This document shows positions 7,979-16,309 of a stretch of 19,958 nucleotides of DNA, piece after piece. This stretch comes from Candidatus Thorarchaeota archaeon (GTDB taxonomy: Archaea > Asgardarchaeota > Thorarchaeia > Thorarchaeales > Thorarchaeaceae): contig JBHLQH010000046.1 of assembly GCA_048884965.1 (NCBI GenBank), positions 1-19,958 on the forward strand. Reading direction: 5' to 3'. The notes beneath the pieces are model-generated. The model made no database searches and was not told where the DNA came from. It saw only the letters and a program-made list of their open reading frames with translations. Within the stretch, counting starts at the first letter, position 1; each line of letters begins with the position of its first letter. The translations under genes and the position numbers were made by a program.

Positions 7979-9097
7979 CTATGCAGCATCTTTGAACACA
8001 TCTTCATCTTTTCGATCCCAATCGTATGCCAAGTATTTCGAACGACTCATCTTCGAACGAAGTAGATAGAGAAATGGGATTTTGACTGTTTGTTCTTGAG
8101 ATGATATCTTTGGCTGGAACCACTGCTTTTCATCTTCCTCCCATATGGTATCAGTGACGGACACCGGTTTCAATAGCAAAACTGCAAGTATACCCACAAT
8201 GAGCGTGATTGGAATAGGCATGAACGAATATCCTAGCCCATAAAGGGGAATCATCTGAATTACATATGGTGCACTAAAGGTAGCTATGATTCCTATTATG
8301 ATGCACCTTACTCTTGACGTTTTTCCTTGGAGGTATTTGATGATCCTGTGTACATATAGGATGTACAGCGCATTCGTGATTGCACTCAGTGGAAAATATA
8401 TGCCTGTAGAAAGCATGATGTCAATATAGAGTCCGGTCTGATTCCTCTGCACCTGCATGAAGAACATATATGAGATCATGATTACACTCTCGCTATAATA
8501 CTCAAAGAAGTATGAATAGAGACCCACCATTATGGGTACTACGACTATACAGAGTAACATGATCATCCCGACGATGCGATATTTCGAAGCCGATTTGATA
8601 TGACTGTATCCTCTCGCTCTGTTTGGTGACACTATTTCTTCAATCCGATCAATCTCTCTCATAATAAACGGAACGATAGCCATGATGACAAGAGCCCAAG
8701 CTGCAGCCATAATTCCAAGAGCCAATCCGTTCATGATCTGCATGTAGGTGTCCATATAACGAGATAGAAACAGTATTGGGGCTAAAATGAACGAGATTGC
8801 GAAATATTGAAGGAATATATTTCCAAAAATCAGGCTAGCAACAAAGGGTCTTGCTACTGACTCTTCCTTTGGTCGATGATACTGGATATAGTTGAAGACG
8901 GTTGCCGGTGTCATCATAATTGCAGTGAAGAGGAGTGCCCATGGTATCGTTGCTATGTCAACAGGTAGGCTGGATATCCCTACATGTATAAGGACTGAGT
9001 CGAAACTTGAGGAAGGACCCGGCGCAACGATTCTCACTGGCAACAGGCATACCAAGACTATCTTGATGACCAGCGACTTCAACCACCTCCCTTCCAT
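7979..9097 (-). CDS. Hypothetical polytopic membrane protein, tandem paralog A
   Basis: About 8 hydrophobic segments. Aligns end to end with the neighbouring ORF (MEGRWLKS..., FNYIQYHRPKE, YLQGKTSR, PIPIT, YDWDRKDEDVF). Start 9097 was chosen by alignment with paralog B. Confidence 0.8.
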   Translation of the reverse strand: MEGRWLKSLVIKIVLVCLLPVRIVAPGPSSSFDSVLIHVGISSLPVDIATIPWALLFTAIMMTPATVFNYIQYHRPKEESVARPFVASLIFGNIFLQYFAISFILAPILFLSRYMDTYMQIMNGLALGIMAAAWALVIMAIVPFIMREIDRIEEIVSPNRARGYSHIKSASKYRIVGMIMLLCIVVVPIMVGLYSYFFEYYSESVIMISYMFFMQVQRNQTGLYIDIMLSTGIYFPLSAITNALYILYVHRIIKYLQGKTSRVRCIIIGIIATFSAPYVIQMIPLYGLGYSFMPIPITLIVGILAVLLLKPVSVTDTIWEEDEKQWFQPKISSQEQTVKIPFLYLLRSKMSRSKYLAYDWDRKDEDVFKDAA

Positions 9098-9194
9098 GGC
9101 TTTCCCCCAATATTCTTTCAATACTTACTCATTCCCTCCGCGTATTAAGATATTTTATTCGATAGACGGATGCCTCTAATCGTTAGTAGTCCAA

Positions 9195-10349
9195 TCAATC
9201 GTTTGACCTCGTATCATTTCCGAAGGCATCTTCGTCTTTCTTGTCCCAATCGTACTCTTGTTTACTCTTGTCTTTCTTCTCTACGTCGGCCTGAGGAACT
9301 AGGGTGACTGGTGTTTCATCCTTTGCTTGGTCTGACTCTCCAACATGAGTTGGTTTTCTGAAAAGATCCTGTTCAACACTCTCATCCCATATTGGTTCTT
9401 CAATGTAGACGGGCTTGTTGACAAGAATGATAAGTAGACCGAGAACGAAAGTGATGGGGATTGGCAGGAGCAAACCTCCTGTTCCCATATATGACAAGGG
9501 GAGTATTGGGATGATGAATGGCGATCCCACAACGGAAACCAATCCGATTGCGACACATTGGTTGCGGGATGCCTTGCCTTGAAGATACTGCAGAATGTTT
9601 ACAGCGAAATATAGGTAGAGGGCATTGACTATTGCCATAAACGGGTAGTAGATGCCTGATACAATCAGATAGGTGAAACTAGAGGTAGGATAATTCATAC
9701 CTTCAAAGACAGCAGATCCTGATATGAGGGTAAAACTACTGCCTCCAAAAGGTGACATTGTGCCGTAGAATGCAAAGAGATTAGGTGCGAGAAAGATGGT
9801 TGCTCCCAGAAGAATAGCAATGATATCATATTGCGACAGTAATCTGCCAAATCTTGATGATCCGAGATTCTGTTTGATTTGCAGTGCATCTTTCATCATT
9901 CTTGTTTCTCTACTAAGAAATGGTATGATCACGAATAGAAGCAAGCCCCAAGTTGATGCCAGAAGTGCTAATCCAGCTGAGATTTGCATTTGCATCCATA
10001 TCTCCCAACTCAAAACTGATAGTAGTAGAACAATTGGTGTCATAATGAAGTATTGAATGAAGGGATTTCCAATGATATATGCACCAACAAAGTACTTCCG
10101 GACCGATACCTCTTTGGGTTTATGGTATTGAATATAGTCAAAGAGGATTCCAGGAATCTGTAAGAAGAGCAGAATTGGGAGGATAATGAGCAGACTTGGT
10201 TCCGCGTATGTAGGAATGAATCTCGGTTCTCCTGTCTGTAGAACTACTGAGGTATAACCAAAAGAGTCCAAATAGAATGATATCTCAATCGGAAGGAGTA
10301 GGATTATCACAATCCTGACTAGAACAGAATACAACCACTTACGTTCCAT
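9195..10349 (-). CDS. Hypothetical polytopic membrane protein, tandem paralog B
   Basis: MERKWLYS..., FDYIQYHKPKE, YLQGKASR, PIPIT, YDWDKKDEDAF. ATG 10349 is preceded by GAGGGG. Confidence 0.8.
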   Translation of the reverse strand: MERKWLYSVLVRIVIILLLPIEISFYLDSFGYTSVVLQTGEPRFIPTYAEPSLLIILPILLFLQIPGILFDYIQYHKPKEVSVRKYFVGAYIIGNPFIQYFIMTPIVLLLSVLSWEIWMQMQISAGLALLASTWGLLLFVIIPFLSRETRMMKDALQIKQNLGSSRFGRLLSQYDIIAILLGATIFLAPNLFAFYGTMSPFGGSSFTLISGSAVFEGMNYPTSSFTYLIVSGIYYPFMAIVNALYLYFAVNILQYLQGKASRNQCVAIGLVSVVGSPFIIPILPLSYMGTGGLLLPIPITFVLGLLIILVNKPVYIEEPIWDESVEQDLFRKPTHVGESDQAKDETPVTLVPQADVEKKDKSKQEYDWDKKDEDAFGNDTRSND

Positions 10350-10532
10350 CTGATACCCCTCTATACACGCAAGTATTATGCTGTGTGAAATGCTATAAAG
10401 ATGCAGTAAAATGAAGCAATGTACTATGAATATACTCTGCATTGTAGTTGCTTTTCTTGGGAGACAATTCCGTGCAACACTCTTCGTTCATTTCGGTATC
10501 TTTTAGTTCACATTCGAAGTGAGAAACAGCAA

Positions 10533-11429
10533 ATGCAGCTAACTCCTGATGTTCTCTTAGGCGTCGCAATCGGTCTATTCACTGCGTTCCTCTGGGGTAT
10601 CTCGACCAACGTATACAAGTCCCAAAGCGACTCAGCGACTCCCCTGGCAATATCCTCCATCAAGATGTGGCTATCATTTGTGTTCATGCTGTTCATTGTG
10701 CTGTTGCCATTTCGTACATCTCCCTTCTATGTTCCAATGGAGTCTTTTCTTTTCCTGATATCCTCGGTCACTATCAGTCTTGTTATAGGAGATCTTGTCT
10801 ATCTGATCGGGCAGGAACGGATTGGAGTGTCCTATGCATTCCCCATCGCGAATATCTATCCTATCACGACCTATGTCATCGCCATCTTTCTCGTGAGTGA
10901 GGCTATCGTTCCTCTTCGTTTCGTCGGTGTCATCATTGCTATCATTGGAGTCGGGATGATATCGAATGCGCAAGCTCGAACAAAGGAAGAAGGAACTCCT
11001 AAGGATATCATTGGAATAGGATTGGCTCTTGTTGCAGCGGTGTGCTGGTCTATTGGAAGCGTTTTCCTCCAGATTGGGGTAACAGGTGTTGATCCAATAG
11101 ATGCGAACTTTGTAAGGATGGCGTTCGGTGCTGCAATCTTCTTTCCTGTTTTCCTTGGTGCCAAGCATCGAGGCATGCCCTCACCCCCGCGAAAATCCAC
11201 CAAGATGATTCTAGCAGGTGGTTTCCTTGGTATGACCCTTGGTTCTCTGTTCTATACATACACTATCGATTTGATAGGTGCCTCTGTTGCGTCCCTCTTA
11301 GGCTCCACAGCTCCATTGTTCGCACTGCCAATCTCTATCTTCTTTCTAAAAGAGCGTTACACATTCCGGTCTGTCCTTGGCGCTTTGCTGACCGTACTCG
11401 GAGTGATTCTTGTCGTAATCGCAGTCTAG
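10533..11429 (+). CDS. EamA/DMT-family transporter
   Basis: About 10 TM segments in two repeats (AFLWG...ERIGVSYAFPIANIYP...FLVSE; AVCWS...IGASVASLLGSTAPLFALPISIFFLKER...GALLTVLGV). ATG 10533 is preferred. Confidence 0.9.
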   Translation: MQLTPDVLLGVAIGLFTAFLWGISTNVYKSQSDSATPLAISSIKMWLSFVFMLFIVLLPFRTSPFYVPMESFLFLISSVTISLVIGDLVYLIGQERIGVSYAFPIANIYPITTYVIAIFLVSEAIVPLRFVGVIIAIIGVGMISNAQARTKEEGTPKDIIGIGLALVAAVCWSIGSVFLQIGVTGVDPIDANFVRMAFGAAIFFPVFLGAKHRGMPSPPRKSTKMILAGGFLGMTLGSLFYTYTIDLIGASVASLLGSTAPLFALPISIFFLKERYTFRSVLGALLTVLGVILVVIAV

Positions 11430-12076
11430 GAACTTGAAGTCAGGGACCTGTTCTTCAGGAATACGTACAGAGCTATCGATAGTAGATAGATGATGACCGC
11501 AAAGTAGATCGCCCATTCAAGAGTGGTTGTCAAGGAGAAATCGGGACGTCCCGGTCCCTCATCACCAGTTCCAAAGAGGAATGCCGCAAAGATAACTCCA
11601 GTGATTAAAGCTCCGATAGAGAATATCTTGGGAATCTTGATCTCCTTTTGAACGAGAATCGCAATTGCCCAGAGGATGACCATGATCATACCACTGAAGA
11701 AGAATGACATCGCAGAGATATAATGCTCGAGAAGGAAATTCATTGGATATATCCCTACGAGGATGATGGAAATGGATGAGTATACTCCAACGACTGCAGA
11801 GAGTTTGGCAATGAAGTTGTCGAGGTGTGAACCTAATCCAATGAAGAATGGAATAAACGCAATCCCTGCTAGAATCAGCCCGATGTTGAACATCGGTGCC
11901 CATACTGAAACCCCTATCTCTCCAAGCTCTGATACATAGTGGTTGAACATTGAGAAAGGCTCTCCCTCTGTTCCCTGATAGGGCATCATTGGTACTAGGA
12001 TGAATATCACCCCGATCGCGGAACCAATAAGTCCCCAGAGGGGGAAGCGTTTCTGTCCGAACACTCTCTGATACAT
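11426..12076 (-). CDS. DUF998-family membrane protein
   Basis: NHYVSELG, FNIGLILAG, VGIYPMN...H..SA..FF and C-terminal LEW patterns, about 6 TM. Stop overlaps the convergent EamA stop (CTAG). Confidence 0.75.
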   Translation of the reverse strand: MYQRVFGQKRFPLWGLIGSAIGVIFILVPMMPYQGTEGEPFSMFNHYVSELGEIGVSVWAPMFNIGLILAGIAFIPFFIGLGSHLDNFIAKLSAVVGVYSSISIILVGIYPMNFLLEHYISAMSFFFSGMIMVILWAIAILVQKEIKIPKIFSIGALITGVIFAAFLFGTGDEGPGRPDFSLTTTLEWAIYFAVIIYLLSIALYVFLKNRSLTSSS

Positions 12077-12091
12077 TCGATTATCCTCCAG

Positions 12092-13285
12092 CTACTCAAT
12101 AACTAGGTGCTCGATATCCCGTGGATATCTTGTCAGAACCTCGATACCATCCTCCGTGACAACGAAGGTATCACTATGCCGGAATCCACCGAGTCCTTTC
12201 TCGTAGATTCCCGGCTCACATGAGAATATCATCCCTTCCTCAAGAACATCTTCAGAGCCGATATCCAGGAAAGGTTTCTCATGTCCCTCCATACCAAGAC
12301 CATGACCCGTATGATGCCTGACCAAGTGTGATACTCCTCTCTCCTTGAATGTTTTCCGTACCGCCTTATCCACATCAGCACACCTCACACCAGGACCTGC
12401 AACGGCAAAAGCTGCATCCTGGGCCGCTACCATTGCAGAGAATAGTTCCCTCTGACGTTCATTTGGCTCTCCAATGAACATGGTTCGTTCTAGCTCCGAT
12501 TGGATACCATACACATCTGAGGACGCCCCAGTCACCAGGGTATCTCCTTGCTTGAAGACAATTCCTCTGGATAGAGCGTGAGGGAAATAGGAGTTGGGGC
12601 CTATCTGTCCCCGATAGAGTGCGATTGCAGGGAACATGGAGAACCCTGTAGGGCGATAGTCGTTTCCCAGCTCTGAAATCATATCGTGAGACCCTTGGGT
12701 ACTTGCTCGTATGGTTACATCAATCTCATTCGCACCTGCTTCAGTATACTCCTGAAGATATCTATGTGCTCTGTCTGCCCACTTCGAGGACTCTCTCATG
12801 AGTTCGATCTCCTCTGGTTCCTTGATTACTCTCATATCCATAATGATATCCGGAAGGAGCATGAACTTGAGACTAGTTACCTCTTCCAATGCCGGTCCTT
12901 TGTATCCCCAGTATCCCGGAGCTCCTGCTATCTCGCTTGCTACTCGCTTGTTGGCTACCTTCAACTCCTTGATTAGGACATCAGCGAGGTGGCGCATTGG
13001 ATGCTTCTCATCAGGATATTCGAAATAAGAGAAGACTTCCTTGACAAAGGGCACTTGATGCTGGATGTGATCTATCTCAAGGGATGGGACAAAGAAGTAT
13101 GTTTCACCATGATGAATCATTAGTATTATCGGACGCTCTGTTGGGATGAATGAGAGTCCAGTCAAATAGAAGATGTTCTTCGAATTGAAGAGAAGAAATG
13201 TATCAATTCCCTTTCCATCCAGCTCTTCCTTCAGCTTCTCGATTCTTCGCTGGTGATGTTTTGGAGTCAGGTAGCAGAATGTCAT
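12092..13285 (-). CDS. M24 (Xaa-Pro peptidase / creatinase, pita-bread fold) family hydrolase
   Basis: Creatinase-N-like start (RRIEKL...NIFYLTG), MRVIKEPEEIELMRES, PHA, SELERT, HHTGHGLGMEGHEKP, SCEPGIY, GGFRHSDT. ATG 13285 is preferred over the overlapping start at 13390. Confidence 0.9.
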   Translation of the reverse strand: MTFCYLTPKHHQRRIEKLKEELDGKGIDTFLLFNSKNIFYLTGLSFIPTERPIILMIHHGETYFFVPSLEIDHIQHQVPFVKEVFSYFEYPDEKHPMRHLADVLIKELKVANKRVASEIAGAPGYWGYKGPALEEVTSLKFMLLPDIIMDMRVIKEPEEIELMRESSKWADRAHRYLQEYTEAGANEIDVTIRASTQGSHDMISELGNDYRPTGFSMFPAIALYRGQIGPNSYFPHALSRGIVFKQGDTLVTGASSDVYGIQSELERTMFIGEPNERQRELFSAMVAAQDAAFAVAGPGVRCADVDKAVRKTFKERGVSHLVRHHTGHGLGMEGHEKPFLDIGSEDVLEEGMIFSCEPGIYEKGLGGFRHSDTFVVTEDGIEVLTRYPRDIEHLVIE

Positions 13286-13334
13286 TTCATGTTCCTCGAA
13301 GGATGTGCAGTATCCCTTAGAAACTAACCTGCTA

Positions 13335-14039
13335 TTAAGAATCTCGTGCAGCCAGATATGAACGGTTTCCGCCTTCAATCGCTTGTTCATGGGTGATCAA
13401 TGGTTGTGATATTTTAGCCAAAAGTTCCTGAGAAATATTCCCTTTCTCTATGAGCTGTCTTCCTGCAACCTCTGCTGCCTCGTATATCTCCATTGTCCTC
13501 TCATCACCCTGCTGGAGTTGCCCTGCATGTGGACGAATGATTGGTCCGATGAACTCGACATTGACGTTCTCTGCTATCTCCTTTACAATATGAGTGACAA
13601 CTTCGAAGTTGCCTACTTCATACCAGCCTCCAGAGCCAACGAATACAATCTTGGTAACGTTCACATTATCGTGCCATTTGGCACGTGTCCTTCCATCTTG
13701 AATGCTTAGCATAGGTTCGACTAGTGGCATTAGTCTATTCAGGAGGTTCTGGAATGCACCTGGAAGAGGTAGGTAGATCGGTGTTGCAAACACCAGAATC
13801 TCTGCCTCTCTTACCTTTGCATAGACTTGCTCCATCTCATCTGTGTGTATGCATACACCAACTTTCTCGAACCAACATTGGAAGTCTCCTATACAGTGCC
13901 TGATTTTGAGCTTCTGGGAAAAGAGGGTGTCTACAGATGCTCCTGCCTTTCTCATCCCATCCAGCAGTGGTGCTAGGATCTTGTGAGTATTCCCTTTCTC
14001 CATATTGGGACTCCCATTTATTGCAAGTACACTTGTCAT
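13335..14039 (-). CDS. Flavodoxin-fold NAD(P)H-dependent FMN reductase / iron-sulfur flavoprotein-like protein
   Basis: VLAINGSPNMEKGNT (FMN phosphate loop), CIGDFQCW...CIHTD, VFATPIY, LLNRL. GGTGA SD lies before ATG 14039. Confidence 0.88.
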   Translation of the reverse strand: MTSVLAINGSPNMEKGNTHKILAPLLDGMRKAGASVDTLFSQKLKIRHCIGDFQCWFEKVGVCIHTDEMEQVYAKVREAEILVFATPIYLPLPGAFQNLLNRLMPLVEPMLSIQDGRTRAKWHDNVNVTKIVFVGSGGWYEVGNFEVVTHIVKEIAENVNVEFIGPIIRPHAGQLQQGDERTMEIYEAAEVAGRQLIEKGNISQELLAKISQPLITHEQAIEGGNRSYLAARDS

Positions 14040-14164
14040 GTACATCACCACAACGATGTTATGGCTCTCAAGGAAGCAGTAGTTTGCTTTAAACTATAGT
14101 ATCTACATCCCTAGTACGCAGAACATTCAAGTGAGTCGTTCTGTCAGTTGGAGGATGAGATCAA

Positions 14165-14560
14165 ATGAATGAAGACTATCCTATCGTTGATCCCAAAACG
14201 ATGAACCAGATATGGAGGAAGATCTTACCACCTGAGGTGACACGGTGGGCTATCTTCAAGCATGGGACTATCGTCTTATGTCATGACAATGATAAGGATC
14301 CTAGGGAACATGGATTGCAAGTGTTGAAAGAGTGGGGTCCTCTGGCACCTGGTACCCCTTTAGGCGACTTCAATGTAACGCTTGCAGGAGCAGTGCCCGG
14401 TTGGGTTGTCGAGTACGCTCACGAGGACATCGGTTCCTATGTGAGTCCTGATGAGCTCAAGGATGCAGAAGATGACGTGTTAATGATAGGTCTCTATGGT
14501 AGAGCAAAGAGGCATGAGGATTTCCTTTCTCTGGAGATAATTCATGTTGAAGACCCATAA
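14165..14560 (+). CDS. Conserved hypothetical protein
   Basis: 131-aa ORF with GGAGG SD and conserved-looking motifs WAIFKHGTIV, WGP..PGTP.GDF, GWVV, YVSPDE, IGLYGRAKR, EIIHVED. Confidence 0.7.
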   Translation: MNEDYPIVDPKTMNQIWRKILPPEVTRWAIFKHGTIVLCHDNDKDPREHGLQVLKEWGPLAPGTPLGDFNVTLAGAVPGWVVEYAHEDIGSYVSPDELKDAEDDVLMIGLYGRAKRHEDFLSLEIIHVEDP

Positions 14561-14634
14561 GACATTCTCTGCAATTCTTTTTGCTATGGTGTAAATTAAA
14601 ATATACAAGAATTCACTGTTCCTTGGCGATTTGG

Positions 14635-16254
14635 ATGACAACTAGCGATGAAAGAGTTGAGGAACTTGCCAAGAGACTGATTGATGAGTTCCTTCGTGAT
14701 AATCCCACCTATGCAACCTTTATGGGAGTTCATGAATATGACGGACAGTTGGGCGACTTATCGCCTGCAGCTATTGAGCGGACCATACACCAGCTGAATC
14801 AGGCTCTAGAGGACTTGGCCCAAATTGATCCATCTGGACATTCAGAGGAAGGTATGATAAACAGAGAGATGTTTGAAGCTGGCATCGAATACCAGCTTTT
14901 CCAGTTTGAGGAATTGAAGACCTATGAGTCAGATGTCGATTTTGGCGGGTTCATCGGAATGGCTCTGTTCCCACTTTTCACAAGGGATTTTGCTCCTTTT
15001 GAAGAACGCATGATGGCCATTGCATCACGACTCGAAGGTATTCCTCTTGCATTTGATCAGTTCAAACGTACTATCACGAAGCCTGTGCACCTATGGACCC
15101 AGACTGCACTACAGTCCCTTCAGGGTATACCGGGTTTGATCCAATTGATTATCTCTGTGGCAGAGCAAAAGCTACAAGGGGAGGCACTAGTACGTCTACA
15201 AAACGCCGGAGAAATTGCTATTGATACACTGGCAGAGGTTCAAGCATGGCTTGAGGAACTCGCTCAAGATCACAGGGATTTTTGGTGTATCGGTGCCTAC
15301 AACTTCGAGAAGCTCATTCGCGTTCGAAGATTAGGGCTCACCCCTGCTGAGATTTTAAGAATTGGATTCAAATACCTCAAGCAGTTCGAAGGAGAGCTAA
15401 AAGAACTCGCTGGAAAGATATCTCCTGGGTCTTCTGTCGATCAAGTCCGAGAGATGATCAAGGACAATCATCCAAAGACGTTCGAGGATACGCTTGCGTA
15501 CTATCAACAGTGGGTGGAGAAGGCAAAACAATGGGTGATTGCCAACGACTTCGTTACTGTCAGAGAAGGCATATTGGATGTGATAGAGACACCTGCATTC
15601 TTAGCCCCTCTCCTCCCAACAGCTGCACTCGTACCTCCAGGATTCTTTGAGTCCTCGAAGAGAGGAGAGTATATTGTCACAAGACCCGCTGATGAGAAGA
15701 ACCTCAGAGAGCATTACTATGCAAGAATTCCAAACACATGCATCCATGAGGCATACCCGGGTCATTTCAATGAAGGATTAGCAAGTGCAGAGGCTCCTCT
15801 CTCACGACTTCTACTTGAAGGGTCAGAGATGGTTGAAGGCTGGGCTTTCTATTGCGAGCAAGTTTCGATTGATATGGGCTTCAATGACACCCCCGAGGCA
15901 CGATTCGCACAGACAAATGCGTTGCTCTTCAGAGCTGCTCGAATAATAGTGGATGTCAACCTTTCTTCTGGTCGAATGGGCTTCAATGAGGCTGTGAAGT
16001 TTCTTACGATAAAGACAGGCATGGCTGAAGCTAGCGCTATCGCTGAGGTTACACGATATACACAAACCCCTGGATATCCCCTCTCCTATTTACTGGGACG
16101 GCATCAGATTATGGACGCTAGAAATGAATTGGAAAACGAATTCGGAGAGCAATTCAATCAGAAATTGTTCCATGATGTGATTGTTTCCTCCGGAAGAGTC
16201 CCAATATCCTATATACCAAGACTTTATCGAATAGCCTCGAAGAGAAAGGTCTGA
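14635..16254 (+). CDS. DUF885-family protein (putative zinc metallopeptidase-like)
   Basis: NPTYATFMGVHEYD..L.DLS, HEAYPGH, EGWAFYCE, RAARIIVD and EVTRY...PGYPLSYLLG...FHD motifs. ATG 14635 is preferred. Confidence 0.92.
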   Translation: MTTSDERVEELAKRLIDEFLRDNPTYATFMGVHEYDGQLGDLSPAAIERTIHQLNQALEDLAQIDPSGHSEEGMINREMFEAGIEYQLFQFEELKTYESDVDFGGFIGMALFPLFTRDFAPFEERMMAIASRLEGIPLAFDQFKRTITKPVHLWTQTALQSLQGIPGLIQLIISVAEQKLQGEALVRLQNAGEIAIDTLAEVQAWLEELAQDHRDFWCIGAYNFEKLIRVRRLGLTPAEILRIGFKYLKQFEGELKELAGKISPGSSVDQVREMIKDNHPKTFEDTLAYYQQWVEKAKQWVIANDFVTVREGILDVIETPAFLAPLLPTAALVPPGFFESSKRGEYIVTRPADEKNLREHYYARIPNTCIHEAYPGHFNEGLASAEAPLSRLLLEGSEMVEGWAFYCEQVSIDMGFNDTPEARFAQTNALLFRAARIIVDVNLSSGRMGFNEAVKFLTIKTGMAEASAIAEVTRYTQTPGYPLSYLLGRHQIMDARNELENEFGEQFNQKLFHDVIVSSGRVPISYIPRLYRIASKRKV

Positions 16255-16260
16255 GTTTCT

Positions 16261-16301
16261 AAGAAAAAGAAAGGATTCCATAGCATCACGGCTATGGAAT
16301 C
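16261..16301 (-). terminator. Hairpin plus U-rich tract terminator of the ABC operon
   Basis: Perfect 11-bp stem GATTCCATAGC/GCTATGGAATC (16274-16284 and 16291-16301, 6-nt loop), followed on the minus strand by CTTTCTTTTTCTT. It starts 8 nt after the permease stop. Confidence 0.7.
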
Positions 16302-16309
16302 TCAGGCAC

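Noticed and set aside
10419-10532. Long N-terminal extensions given by the ORF track for EamA (10419), paralog B (10442), M24 (13390), DUF885 (14581), TatD (3241) and the 4-TM protein (18675)
   Set aside because: The extensions overlap neighbouring genes or promoters and lack family similarity. Downstream ATGs fit the family N-termini or SD motifs better.
10508-11259. Overlapping ORFs inside the EamA gene, including a 164-aa antisense ORF
   Set aside because: Typical antisense or alternate-frame ORFs over a hydrophobic gene, with no motifs.
14819-14825. Isolated CCCAAAT inside the DUF885 gene
   Set aside because: Single copy within a CDS with no 11-bp-phased partner or TATA box; expected by chance.
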